From positions 58,111 to 122,110 of the forward strand of contig JAPDFW010000137.1 in assembly GCA_028826165.1 (NCBI GenBank): a DNA stretch of 64,000 nucleotides, read 5' to 3'. The notes below the pieces were generated by a model. It did not search any database. It worked only from the letters and a program-made list of their open reading frames with translations, and was not told where the DNA came from. This document shows positions 1 through 13,368 of the stretch, one piece after another (positions within the stretch are counted from its first letter, which is position 1; every line of letters begins with the position of its first letter). The position numbers and the translations under genes are program-made. This stretch comes from Anaeramoeba ignava BMAN. Lineage: Eukaryota > Protista > Anaeramoebae.

Positions 1-142
1 TAAATTTTAATTTTAAATTTAATTTTAATTTTAATTTTAAATTTTAATTTTAATTTTAATTTTAATTTTAATTTTAATTTTAATTTTAATTTTAATTTTA
101 ATTTTAATTTTAATTTTAATATTCAAATTGATAAAGAATTAC

Positions 143-3100
143 CTTCAGGATCACTCCAAAGTAAATCACACATTGCACCTTCATGTGGAACTTCTAATTT
201 TCTATCAATTACTTGAATCTAAATTTTCATTAAAATAATTTTTGTTTTTAAATAATTTTTGTTTTTAAATAATTTTCATTAAAATAAATTGAATTTTCTT
301 TTTTGATAAATTTACTTGATCAATTGTTGAAACTGAAGGAGATAAACCACCATGAACACAGAAAATTTCTCCTCCAACAAGAGCAGCTAATGGAAGATAA
401 TCAAAAACTTCAGTACAATATCTCCAAACATTTGCATTAGTATATCTTCTTAAACACTCTTCATAAAATCCATAAACCTTTTTTAATTTTAATTTTAAAT
501 ATTATTTTAATTTTAATTATAAATTATAATTTTAAATTTAATTTTAATTTTTATTTCAATTTTAATTATAAATTATAATTTTAATTTTAATTTTAATTTT
601 AATTTTAATTTTAATTTTAATTTTAATTTTAATTTTAATTTTTATTTTAATTTTAATTTTAATTTTAATTTTAATTTTAATTTTAATTTTAATTTTAATT
701 TATTTTAATTTTAATTTTAATTTTAAATTTAATTTTAATTTTAATTTTAATTTAATTTTAATTTTAATTTTAATTTTAATTTTAATTTTAATTTTAATAT
801 AATTATAATTTTTATTATAATTCTAATTTGAATAAATTTACTTGAGTAATTTGTCTACTTTCGTGATTTCCTCTAAGTAAGTAAATTCGATCAGGGTAAC
901 GAACTTTAAGAGCAAGAAGTAATAAAAAGGTTTCAAGAGAAAAATAACCACGATCAACATAATCTCCCATAAAAAGATATTTTGTTTTTGGACAAAAACC
1001 CCCAATTTTAAATAATTCTTGTAAATCATAAAATTGTCCATGAATATCTCCACAAATCTAATCAATTTAATTATAAATTTAATTATAAATTTTATTATAA
1101 ATTTTATTATAAATTTAATTATAAATTTAATTATAAATTTAATTATAAATTTAATTATAAATTTAATTATAAATTTAATTATAAATTTAATTATAAATTT
1201 AATTATAAATTTAATTATAAATTTAATTATAAATTTAATTATAAATTTAATTATAAATTTAATTATAAATTTAATTATAAATTTAATTATAAATTTAATT
1301 ATAAATTTAATTATAAATTTAATTATAAATTTAATTATAAATTTAATTATAAATTTAATTATAAATTTAATTATAAATTTAATTATAAATATAATTATAA
1401 ATTTAATTATAAATATAATTATAAATTTAATTATAAATATAATTATAAATTTAATTATAAATTTAATTATAAATATAATTATATATATAATTATAAATTT
1501 AATTATAAATTTAATTATAAATTTAATTATAAATATAATTATAAATTTAATTATAAATAAAATTTAATTATAAATTAAATTATAAATTTAATTATAAATT
1601 TAATTATAAATTTAATTATAAATTTAATTATAAATTTAATTATAAATATAAATATAATTTAATTATAAATTTAATTATAAATTTAATTATAAATTTAATT
1701 ATAAATTTTATTATAAATTTAATTATAAATTTAATTATAAATTTAATTATAAATTTAATTATAAATTTAATTATAAATTTAATTATAAATTTAATTATAA
1801 ATTTAATTATAAATTTAATTATAAATTTAATTATAAATTTAATTATAAATTTAATTATAAATTTAATTATAAATTTAATTATAAATTTAATTATAAATTT
1901 AATTATAAATTTAATTATAAATTTAATTATAAATTTAATTATAAATTTAATTATAAAATTTAATTATAAATTTAATTATAAATTTAATTATAAATTTAAT
2001 TATAAATTTAATTATAAATTTTATTATAAATTTAATTATAAATTTAATTATAAATTTAATTATAAATTTAATTATAAATTTAATTATAAATTTAATTATA
2101 AATTTAATTATAAATTTAATTATAAATTTAATTATAAATTTAATTATAAATTTAATTATAAATTTAATTATAAATTTAATTATAAATTTAATTATAAATT
2201 TAATTATAAATTTAATTATAAATTTAATTTAATTATAATTATAAATTTAATTATAAATTTAATTATAAATTTTAATTATAAATTTAATTATAAATTTAAT
2301 TATAAATTTAATTATAAATTTAATTATAAATTTAATTATAAATTTAATTATAAATTTAATTATAAAATTTAATTATAAATTTAATTATAAATATAATTAT
2401 AAATATAATTATAAATTTAATTATAAATTTAATTATAAATTTAATTATAAATTTAATTATAAATTTAATTATAAATTTAATTATAAATTTAATTATAAAT
2501 TTAATTATAAATTTAATTATAAATTTAATTATAAATTTAATTATAAATTTAATTATAAATTTTAATTATAAATTTAATTATAAATTTAATTATAAATTTA
2601 ATAATTATAAATTTAATTATAAATTTAATTATAAATTTAATTATAAATTTAATTATAAATTTAATTATAAAATTTAATTATAAATTTAATTATAAATTTG
2701 ATTATAAATTTAATTATAAATTTAATTATAAATTTAATTATAAATTTAATTATAAATTTAATTATAAATTTAATTATAAATTTAATTATAAATTTAATTA
2801 TAAATTTTAATTATAAATTTAATTATAAATTTAATTATAAATTTAATTATAAATTTAATTATAAATTTAATTATAAATTTAATTATAAATTTTATTATAA
2901 ATTTAATTATAAATTTAATTATAAATTTAATTATAAATTTAATTATAAATTTAATTATAAATTTAATTATAAATTTAATTATAAATTTAATTATAAATTT
3001 AATTATAAATTTAATTATAAATTTAATTATAAATTTGATTATAAATTTAATTATAAATTTAGTTATAAATTTAATTATAAATTTGATTATTTGGGTTTTT

Positions 3101-3254
3101 TAAAATATACAGTAATTGGAGGATCAAGATAAATTAGATTTCCATCATCAAGAAGAACTTCTTGAGCTTTGATACATAATTTTTTAACTTCATTTTCTGA
3201 AAGTAATTCTCTTTTATAAAGTTTTTCAATTTGAATATCTATTTGACTTGACAT
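143..3254 (-). CDS. PPP4C: Ser/Thr protein phosphatase catalytic subunit, PP4-like (PP2A family); 3' part continues beyond the left edge of the window
   Basis: Exons 3254-3111, 1057-842, 477-316 and 218-143 joined by GT-AG introns. They give MSSQID...[16 protein letters not shown]...[14 protein letters not shown]...[29 protein letters not shown]...HGGLSP...[30 protein letters not shown] and SDPE favour PP4 over PP2A or PP6. Confidence 0.85.
1064..3085. repeat. 12-bp tandem repeat (AATTATAAATTT)n filling intron 1 (1058-3110) of the phosphatase
   Basis: About 2 kb of near-perfect 12-mer with almost no G or C. The INL and NYKF ORFs here are artefacts. Confidence 0.97.
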
Positions 3255-3510
3255 TTTAAAAAGGGATTTTTTTTTCTTGTTCTTTTTTTTTTTTATTTTT
3301 TTTTTTAAATTGATTTTTTTTTTATAGAAATAGAAATAGAAATAGAAAATGGAAACAAACAAAAAAAAAACACAAAAAAGGAAAAAACTTATTCTAACGT
3401 AATTAGAAAAATGAAAAAAAAAAATTAAAAAAAAAATTTAATTAAAACTTAAAAAAAAGAGAAAAGAAAAAAAATTTTTATTTTTCTCCTTTTATTTTTT
3501 TTTCTCCTTT

Positions 3511-5931
3511 TTATTTTTCTAATTCATTTTCTGAACTTAAAATTTCTTCCATAAAATCTTCATCTAAACAACAATTTTCATTTTGGAATTCATTTTGATT
3601 TTCATTTTCATTTTCATCTATATTAATATCAAAATTTAAATCTTGAATTTGATCTGAAATATTTTTTTGGATTAAATTTTTTTTCTTTTTAGAAATTTTT
3701 AGTTTTTTTGTTTTTTGATTAAAAGAATTATCATTATTTATCAATTGAAGATCATCATCAAAAAAATCAAAAGAATCAATTTTAATTTGATTTTTGATTT
3801 TGATTTTAATTTGATTTTGATTTTGATTTTGATTTTGATTTTTATTTTTAATTTGATTTTGATTTTGATTTTGATTTTGATTTTGATTTTGATTTTGATT
3901 TTTAATTTGATTTTGATTTTGATTTTTAATTTTGATTTTGATTTTTAATTTGATTTTGATTTTTGATTTTGATTTTGATTTTGATTTTGATTTTGATTTT
4001 CATTTTGAATTTGATTTTGATTTTGATTTTGATTTTGATTTTGATTTTGATTTTGATTTTGATTTTGATTTTGATTTTGATTTTTAATTTGATTTTGATT
4101 TTGATTTTTAATTTGATTTTTAATTTTCATTTTCATTTTTGATTTTTGATTTTGATTTTATTTTTCATTTTGAGATTTTGATTTTGATTTTCATTTTGAT
4201 TTTGATTTTCATCTTTTATCTTTTTATCTTTTTATCTTTTTCAAAAATCTTTATCTTTTTATTTTTTTATTTTTATGTTTCTTTTTATCTTTTTATCTTT
4301 TTTGTTTTTTATCTTTTTTATCTTTTTTATCTTTTTTATGTTTATGTTTATGTTTATCTTTATCTTTATCTTTATGTTTATTTTTATGTTTGTCTTTATC
4401 TTTTTCTTTCTTGTGTTTATGTTTATCTTTTTCTTGATTTTCATCAATTTGAATAATTTCATATTTTGGTTCATTTTTATCATTTTCTTTTAATTCTAAA
4501 TCATGGAATTTCTTTTTATGAAGCGATAAAGTTGATAAATAACTAAACAATTTCCCACAAAATAGACACTTATATCTAATGCCTTTATGAACAGCATTGA
4601 TATGAGCATTAAGAGAAGACAAAGTTGCAAATGAAGAATTACAATCTTTATGATTGCAAACATAAACCTTTCGATTGAGCTCATGAACTTGGGAATGATT
4701 TTTTAAATTTCTTTTTGAATTAAATTTCTTTCCACAAACATCACATTCATATTGCAAGGCATGAAATTCTTTAATATGTCTTTGAAGCTCGTTAAATTTC
4801 AAGAAACTCAATCCACATTCACCACAAATATGAGTTTTTTCTTTAGTATGAACAGAACGAATATGTCTTTTGAGTTGTGAAGGGTAATCAAAGCACATCC
4901 CACATCCTTCATAGGTACATTGATAGGGTTTCTTTCCTGTATGGATAGCTTTGTGACGAATCAATTGATTTTTTTTGACGAATCTTGCTTGGCATCCAGG
5001 AAAGTCACATTGATATTTTTCTTTTTTGTGAACGTTATTGATGTGCCGAGTTAATTTTTCTTTTCGGAAATATTTTTTATTACATCCTTCATAAGGACAT
5101 GAATATTTTTTCTCTCTGTCTTCTTTGTGTGTTTCCATGTGGTTTTGTAAGTGATCTTTTCTCTTGAATTTCTTGTTGCATCCTGGAAATGGACATTCAA
5201 ATTTCCTTTCGTTTGTATGTGTTGTCATGTGTCGATTTAATCTTGATTGTTTAGTAAATTCTGATCCACAAATTGGACATTCAATTATTTTTCTTTTTTT
5301 GCGTGAATTTTTTGAATTTTTTCTATTTGATTTTCTATTTGATTTTCTATTTGATTTTCTATTTTGATTTTCTATTTTGTTTTCTATTTTGTTTTGTAAA
5401 TTGTTTTGTAAATTGTTTTTGTAAATTGTTTTCTATTTGATTTTCTATTTGATTTTGTAAATTGTTTTGTAAATTGTTTTGTAAATTGTTTTTTAAATTG
5501 TTTTGTAAATTGTTTTCTATTTTGTTTTCTATTTTGTTTTCTAAATTGTTTTGTAAATTGTTTTGTAAATTGTTTTGTAAATTGTTTTGTAAATTGTTTT
5601 CTATTTCATTTTCTAATTTGTTTTGTAAATTGTTTTCTATTTGATTTTCTATTTGATTTTCTATTTTGTTTTCTAAATTGTTTTGTAAATTGTTTTCTAT
5701 TTTGTTTTCTAAATTGTTTTCTATTTTGTTTTCTATTTTGTTTTTTAAATTGTTTTCTAAATTATTTTGTAAATTGTTTTCTATTTCATTTTCTATTTTG
5801 TTTTCTATTTTGTTTTCTATTTTGTTTTCTATTTTGTTTTGTAAATTGTTTTGTAAATTGTTTTCTATTTTGTTTTCTAAATTGTTTTCTATTTCATTTT
5901 CTAAATTGTTTTCTATTTGATTTGCTTGCAT
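3511..5931 (-). CDS. GTF3A: TFIIIA-like protein with nine C2H2 zinc fingers and low-complexity N- and C-terminal extensions; apparent frameshifts in the repeats
   Basis: Nine consecutive C2H2 fingers at about 5283-4503, from CPICGSEF to CLFCGKLF...HKKKFH. They include the TFIIIA-typical KNQLIRH...KPYQCTYEGC...PSQLKRH. An extra A near 5418 and further indels between about 4300 and 3750 split the reading frame, so the N- and C-terminal joins are inferred. Confidence 0.75.
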
Positions 5932-6025
5932 AGAAAAGTTTTTTGTTTTGAAAAAAAAAATGAAAAAAAATTTTTTTAATTTTTTTAATTTTTTTAATTT
6001 TATTTTTTTTGTTTTATTTTTGTTA

Positions 6026-6817
6026 ATGAATTACAAAATTTTCTTCTTTCTTTTTTGGATATTAACACCTTTTATTATTTATTATTCAATTAATCTCTTT
6101 CATTTTAATGAAAAACAAATTCAAAAACTTTCAAATAATTACAATTTAAAATCAAAAAAAGTTCTTTTAATTTTTGCTCATCCAGATGATGAATGTATGT
6201 TTTTCGGGACAACAATTCAAATTCTAGAGAAAAATGGATTTGAAATTCATTGGCTATGTTTATCAACAGGAAACTATAGAAATCAAGGCGAAAAACGAAA
6301 AATTGAACTTTTGGAAAGTGGAACAATTTTTAATATCCCAAAAAACAAAATTCACATTTACGATCACCCTCAAATCCAAGACGGATATCCTTTTAATGAA
6401 TCCCTTATCGCGGAAATAATTGAGAATGAAATAGATTCTCTTGATATAAACTTTATAATAACATTCGATGAAAATGGAATTTCAAATCATAAAAATCACA
6501 TTTCAATTTTTAATTCAATACAGAAAGTTTTAGAACACAGAAATAATAACAAAATCCCTGGCAAATCATTGTTGGTTTTGAAATTGAAAACTGTTTCTGT
6601 TTTTAGAAAATATCTCTCCTTTTTAGACTTTTTTTTGGATCAATTAAAATGTTTGTTTTTTAATAATAAGAACCATTTTTCAATCACTTTTTTTTCTCTT
6701 CCTTTTCAATCAATTCAAGCAATGCTCCAACATAAATCTCAATTAGTTTGGTTTAGATATCTTTATGTTATTTTTTCTCGTTATATGTTTTTAAATACAT
6801 TAGAATTGATTGAATAA
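6026..6817 (+). CDS. PIGL: GlcNAc-PI de-N-acetylase (PIG-L/GPI12)
   Basis: N-terminal membrane anchor, AHPDDE motif, FDENGISNHKNH, and the C-terminal AMLQHKSQLVWFRYLYVIFSRYMFLNTL typical of PIG-L. Intronless. ATG 6026 is preferred over the upstream poly-T stretch. Confidence 0.93.
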   Translation: MNYKIFFFLFWILTPFIIYYSINLFHFNEKQIQKLSNNYNLKSKKVLLIFAHPDDECMFFGTTIQILEKNGFEIHWLCLSTGNYRNQGEKRKIELLESGTIFNIPKNKIHIYDHPQIQDGYPFNESLIAEIIENEIDSLDINFIITFDENGISNHKNHISIFNSIQKVLEHRNNNKIPGKSLLVLKLKTVSVFRKYLSFLDFFLDQLKCLFFNNKNHFSITFFSLPFQSIQAMLQHKSQLVWFRYLYVIFSRYMFLNTLELIE

Positions 6818-7139
6818 AATTTAAAATTTAAAATTTAAAATTTAAAATTTAAAAAGCAAAACCGTTAAAATTTAAAGTTAAAAATTAAAATTAAAATTTT
6901 TGGATTGTTCTTGTTTTTATTTTTAGATAAGATTTCTTTTAAAAAAAAAATTTTTTTTTCTCTTTTTTTCTTTTTTTTTTTTTAATAAAAAACCAAAAAA
7001 AACAAACAAAAAAACAAACAAAAACAAACAAAAACAAACTTAGAAGAAAATTTACAAAAATTTTTTTTCATTCTTTTTTTTTTCATTTTTTTTTATTCTT
7101 ATTAAATTTTTTTTTTTATTATTCAATTTTTTTTTTATT

Positions 7140-10100
7140 ATGACTCATTCTTTATTAGAAAAACAACATTTACAAACTAAACAAGAATTATCAATTCAAC
7201 CCAAACTTTCAAAATTCTCACAAAACAACCAAATAAAAGAAATTTCAAACCTTGAAACTCAACAAGCAAATAAACTTGAAAATAAACAAGTAACCCAACT
7301 TGAAAATAAACAAGAAAAAAAACTCGAAAATACGAACAAAAAACCTAAACCAATTCCAAATCCAAAACCAAAACAATTTCAAAATTTAAATTCAAAACAA
7401 AATAAACCAAAAACTAAAAAAAAACCAATTCCAAATCCAAAACCAAAACAATTCCAAAACCTAAAATTAAATCAAAATGAAATTAAAAATGAAAATCAAA
7501 TTGAAAATCAAAATCAAAATCAAAATCAAAATCTATTTGAAAATGAAAAAGAAAAAGATAATCAAAATCAAAATAAAAATCAAAATCAAAATCAAAATAA
7601 AAATCAAATTGAAAATCAAAATGAAAATCAAAATCAAAATCAAAATCAAAATCAAAATCAAAATCAAAATCAAAATGAAAATGAAAATCAAAAATCAAAC
7701 CGAATCCAAAAACCAAAACCAAATCGATTCCAAAAACTCAATCCAAATAGATTTAAACATTTAAAACAAAATCCAGATCGATTTAAAAATTTAAAAGAAA
7801 ATCGATTTCAAAATCAATTTAGCAACCTAAAATCAAACCCGAATACAAATATAAATCAAAATCAAAATCAAAATCAAAATCGAAATCGAAATCAAAATAA
7901 AAATCTAAAATCAAAACCAAAATCAAAAATAAATCCTAATCTAAAGCCATCTCAATTCAAAAATAAAAATAAAAATAAAAATAAAAATGAAATTAAAAAT
8001 GAAATTAAAAATAATAAAAATCAAATTGAAAATCAAAATCAAAATAAAAATAAAAATAAAAATGAAAATGAAAATCAAATTGAAAATCAAAATGAAAATA
8101 AAATTGAAAATGAAAATCAAATTGAAAATCAAATTGAAAATGAAAATAAAATTGAAAATAAAATTGAAATTGAAAATCAAATTAAAAATGAAAATGAAAA
8201 TAAAATTGAAATTAAAAATGAGATTAAAAATGAAAATCAAATTGAAAATCAAAATCAAAATAAAATTGAAAATCAAAATCAAAATGAAAATAAAATTGAA
8301 AATGAAAATGAAAATCAAATTGAAAATCAAATTGAAAATGAAAATCAAAATCAAAATGAAAATAAAATTGAAAATCAAAATCAAAATGAAAATAAAATTG
8401 AAAATCAAAATCAAAATGAAAATAAAAATGAAAATAAAATTGAAAATCAAATTGAAAATCAAAATGAAAATAAAAATAAAAATGAAAATGAAAATAAAAT
8501 TGAAAATCAAATTGAAAATAAAATTGAAAATCAAATTGAAAATAAAATTGAAAATCAAAATGAAAATGAAAATAAAAATGAAAATGAAAATGAAAATAAA
8601 ATTGAAAATGAAAATAAAATTGAAAATGAGAATGGAAATCAGATTGAAAATTTACTCAAAATTCCAAATGAATGGATTTTAATGTTTCCTAAACCAAATA
8701 AAAAACCAGATGTTTATGTTGAAAAAGTACTTTATCCCCCACAAAAATTATTAGATAATTCATCAAACGATGTAATTGAACGTAATGCTTTTGATCCTTT
8801 TACTCAAAATCCTCAATCTAATACTGATTCATTTTTTGGTTTGAACAATCAAGAATTAAAAAATAATAAAGAATTAAATGAATCAAAAGATAATCAAGAA
8901 TTAAATCAATCAAAAGATAATAAAGAATTAAATCAATTAAAAGATAATAATGAATCAAAAGATAATAAAGAATTAAATCAATTAAATGATTCAAAAGAAT
9001 TAAATCAATTAAAAGATAATAAAGAATTAAATCAATCAAATGATTCAAAAGAATTAAATCAATTAAAAGATAATAATGAATCAAAAGATAATAAAGAATT
9101 AAATCAATTAAAAGATAATAAAGAATTAAATCAATCAAAAGATAATAATGAATTAAATCAATTAAAAGATAATAAAGAATTAAATCAATTAAAAGATAAT
9201 AAAGAATTAAATCAATTAAAAGATAATAAAGAATTAAATCAATCAAAAGATTCAAAAGAATTAAATCAATCAAAAGATAATAAAGAATTAAATCAATCAA
9301 ATGATTCAAAAGAATTAAATCAATTAAAAGATAATAATGAATCAAAAGATAATAATGAATTAAATCAATCAAAAGATAATAAAGAATTAAATCAATCAAA
9401 AGATAATAAAGAATTAAATCAATCAAATGATTCAAAAGAATTAAATCAATTAAAAGATAATAATGAATCAAAAGATAATAATGAATTAAATCAATCAAAA
9501 GATAATAAAGAATTAAATCAATCAAAAGATAATAAAGAATTAAATCAATTAAAAGATAATAAAGAATTAAATCAATCAAAAGATAATAATGAATTAAATC
9601 AATTAAAAGATAATAAAGATTTAAATGAATCAAAAGATAATAAAGAATTAAATCAATCAAAAGATAATAAAGAATTAAATCAATTAAATGATTCAAAAGA
9701 TTTAAATCAATTAAAAGATAATAAAGAATTAAATCAATTAAATGATTCAAAAGAATTAAATCAATCAAAAGATAATAAAGAATTAAATCAATCAAAAGAT
9801 AATAAAGAATTAAATCAATCAAATGATAAAAAGAATTAAAAATAAGATTCAAAAGATAAAAAGAATTAAATCAATTAAATGAATCAAAAGATAATAAAGA
9901 ATTAAATCAATCAAAAGATAATAAAGAATTAAATCAATCAAAAGATAATAATGAATTAAATCAATCAAAAGATAATAAAGAATTAAATCAATTAAAAGAT
10001 AATCAAGATTTAAATCAATTAAAAGATAATAAAGAATTAAATCAATTAAATGATTCAAAAGATTTAAATCAATCAAAAGATAATAAAGAATTAAATGAAT

Positions 10101-13100
10101 TAAAAGATAATAATGAATTAAATCAATCAAAAGATAATAAAGAATTAAATCAATCAAAAGATAATAAAGAATTAAATCAATCAAAAGATAATAATGAATT
10201 AAATCAATCAAAAGATAATAAAGAATTAAATCAATTAAAAGATAATCAAGATTTAAATCAATTAAAAGATAATAAAGAATTAAATCAATTAAATGATTCA
10301 AAAGATTTAAATCAATTAAAAGATAATAAAGAATTAAATGAATTAAAAGATAATCAAAGAATTAAATCAATTAAAAGATAATAATGAATTAAATCAATCA
10401 AAAGATAAAAAAGATAATAAAGATTAAATGAATTAAAAGATAATAAAGATTTAAATCAATTAAAAGATAATAAAGAATTAAATCAATTAAATGATTCAAA
10501 AGATTTAAATAAATTAAAAGATAATAAAGATTTAAATCAATCAAAAGATTCAAAAGAATTAAATCAATCAAAAGATAATCAAAATTTAGCAAATTTTAAA
10601 CAATTGAAAGAATTTAAAAATTTTAAAAACTCAAAAGATATCCAAAATTCAAACGAGACAGACACTTTAAAAGATAACCAAATTCTACAAGATTTAAAAG
10701 ATTCAAAAAAAATCAAAAATACAAATGAATTAAACGAATCAGAAGATATTCTAATTTTGCAAGATACAAAAGAAAGCAAAAATCGGAAAAAAAGCAGAAA
10801 AACTAAAAAAGCAAAAAGATCAAAAAGATCAAAAAGAAACAAAAATGTTGACAATTTAAAAAAAGCGAAAAACGCAAAGCAAATATTAATACAATCACCA
10901 AATATAAGCCCAAGAATGAGAAGATTTACAATTTCTTCACCCAGACCAAATCTAAACCAAACAAAAAGCAATCCTTTACATCCTTCTCAATCACATCGTG
11001 TTACATTTTTTGAGCTAACAAAGCGCCCAATTGAACAGGAAAAATACATGGATGTTAATAATTTAAATAATGAATCAATTTTCCATTTAATTAAAGATGA
11101 AACTAATTTTATCAAGTCATTAATAAAACTTAAAGAAGTAAATATTTTATCAAAAAAAAAAATTTTAATAATTAAATTAAATTTATTTGATTTGATTTGA
11201 TTTAATAGAATTTTATTGAAAAAATTGAATCACTACAAATAATCCCCAAAAATATCCAAAGTTTATTGTTTGAAAATATAAAAGAACTTTATCAACATCA
11301 AAAAAACTTTCTCCAGAAAGTTCATTCATTAGCAAAAGATCAATCCTCGACAATAAAAGTCTGTTTCAAGGACTTCAATTTCCAAATATTTAGAAAATAC
11401 ATCCAAAACTTCGAAGTTATTTTATATTATTTCGATGATTTATTGCAAAAAAACGCGCAATTTTCGCAGATTTGTAAAGATCTCGAAAAAGAAATGGGAG
11501 AAAAAATCAAGCTTCTTTTATTTAGCCCACTTCAAGAAATCAACCAGTATTATCTGAATATCCACAAGTTCTTGTCAAATATCGATCCGAAATCGGATAT
11601 TTATTCAAGCTATTATCCTATTCTCCAAGAAATCTTCAAAATATCTGAAGAACCGAATTTTCATCCCTATCTTTATTTGTTTGAACACCAAAAGGAATTG
11701 GGAAATATCGAAAAACAAATCGATGGATTGAAGGATTTTGAGCTGGAAAATCCGCGCAGATATCTGCATCGGATTGGCAGTTTCCGACGTATCATGCGGA
11801 ACAAAAATTACCCAGGAAAATATTACGCATTCAATGATATGATGATTGTTGCCAAAGCGCCGAAATCAAAAGAAACAACAAAGTTCGACCATCTGTTCAA
11901 ATACCAAGAAATCCAACTGAGAAATCTAGTGGATGACGAGAATATTGGGATCCAAAACGCAATTGAAATCATTTTCCCAGAAACGGCTGATCTATATATC
12001 TGCTCATTTTCAACATCGGAAGAAAAAAACACACTTTGGAAAGAACTGACAATTGATTTCAACGTGAAAATTGATGAAACATCGCTCTCGGCAGAAAAAT
12101 TGCAACAAATGATGCAAAAGAAACGGATATTAGTTTCTTATCCAAAAGACAAAGACTCAAATATCGATGATTTTCCCATTCCAAAAAATACTAATACTGA
12201 AAAACGCGGAAATATCATCCTCGAAATTATTCAAACAGAAGAAGACTATCTCTCAAGTCTCAATATCATCATCGAATACTACAAAAAACCTCTGGTTCAG
12301 AAAAAAATCATTTCCTCAGAAGATTCAACAGAAATATTCAAACAAATCGAAACTATTTTTGGAGTGAATAAACAACTCCTCGAACTTTTAAAAAAGGATT
12401 TGCCTAAAAATCCAAAAGAAATCTCAGATCTGAAAATAGGGAACATATTCCTTCAAGTCGCTGATTTCCTCAAGCTTTATATCGATTATTGCTCCTCTTA
12501 CACATTTTCAATGAAAAGGCTCAACAAATACACATCAAACTCAAAGTACACAACTTTCATCTCCAACACACGCAAAACAGTGCCAGAATGCAAGGGTCTT
12601 GACTTGCTAGATCTGCTAATCAAACCAATACAAAGAATATGCCGTTATCCCTTGTTGTTTCAACAACTGCTCAAAACAACAGGACAAGATCATCCTGATT
12701 TTTTGGAAATCAGAAAAACCTATTCAAAATTAAATGGAATTGCAACACAAGTCGATCAAAGAAAAAAAGCAGCAGAAGCGGCGAAATTTTTGGTTGATAT
12801 CACATCCAAAATCATCGGAATCAAAAAGAAATTCCCACTTTTAGAACCTTCAAATCCGAGAACTTTGATTAAAGAAGGTTTTATGAACAAAAAATCAGTT
12901 AAAAAAATTCAAGAAAGATATTTTTGGCTTTTCAATGATGTTTTGATTTATGCAAAAGCTATTATCAGAAATCACAAATACAGCTATAAAGGCCGTTTAT
13001 TTCTTGCTGGTGCTTTTGTTCGTGATTTATCTTCAACAAATCATACTTTCCATATGATTCCTTATGGAAGTAAAAAAAGTTATATTTTTTATTGCAATTC

Positions 13101-13188
13101 TGAAGATGAAAAATTAAGTTGGATTAATGAAATTAAAAATCAAATTTTGAATTTGGAATCTAAAGAAGTTCTTCCAAGAATCAAATGA
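7140..13188 (+). CDS. Dbl-family RhoGEF with tandem DH-PH/DH-PH modules and a long low-complexity N-terminus
   Basis: Intron 11138-11208 (GTAAAT...TAG) joins [17 protein letters not shown] to the 640-aa ORF. The second DH has [19 protein letters not shown]...[15 protein letters not shown] and is followed by a PH domain ([13 protein letters not shown]...EKLSWINEI). The link to the 7140 ORF crosses apparent indels at about 9830-9860 and 10350-10420 inside the minisatellite. Confidence 0.8.
8850..10580 (+). repeat. 27-bp coding minisatellite (KELNQSKDN and variants)
   Basis: Unit AAAGAATTAAATCAATCAAAAGATAAT repeated over about 1.7 kb. Confidence 0.95.
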
Positions 13189-13368
13189 TTTTAAATTTTT
13201 TTCAAAAACGAAACAAAACGAAATCGAAATCGAAACAAAACAAAACAAAACAAAACAAATTAATTATTCAGATTTGCATAGATTTCTTTATTTTTTTTTT
13301 AAATTTTTTTATTTTTTTTTTTGAATGAATGAAGAGCAAAAAAAAAAAGAATTAATTAATGAATTGAT

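Noticed and set aside
3100-3110. Possible U12-type donor (GTATATTTT), also GTATCAAT near 29644
   Set aside because: Neither has the RTATCCTT consensus, and no TCCTTAAC branch site is visible.
1034-3132. ORFs of INL, NYKF, ILIL, FDFD, KIKI, WSWS and similar repeats here and throughout the track
   Set aside because: They are stop-free frames of microsatellites, either in introns or antisense/out-of-frame to real genes.
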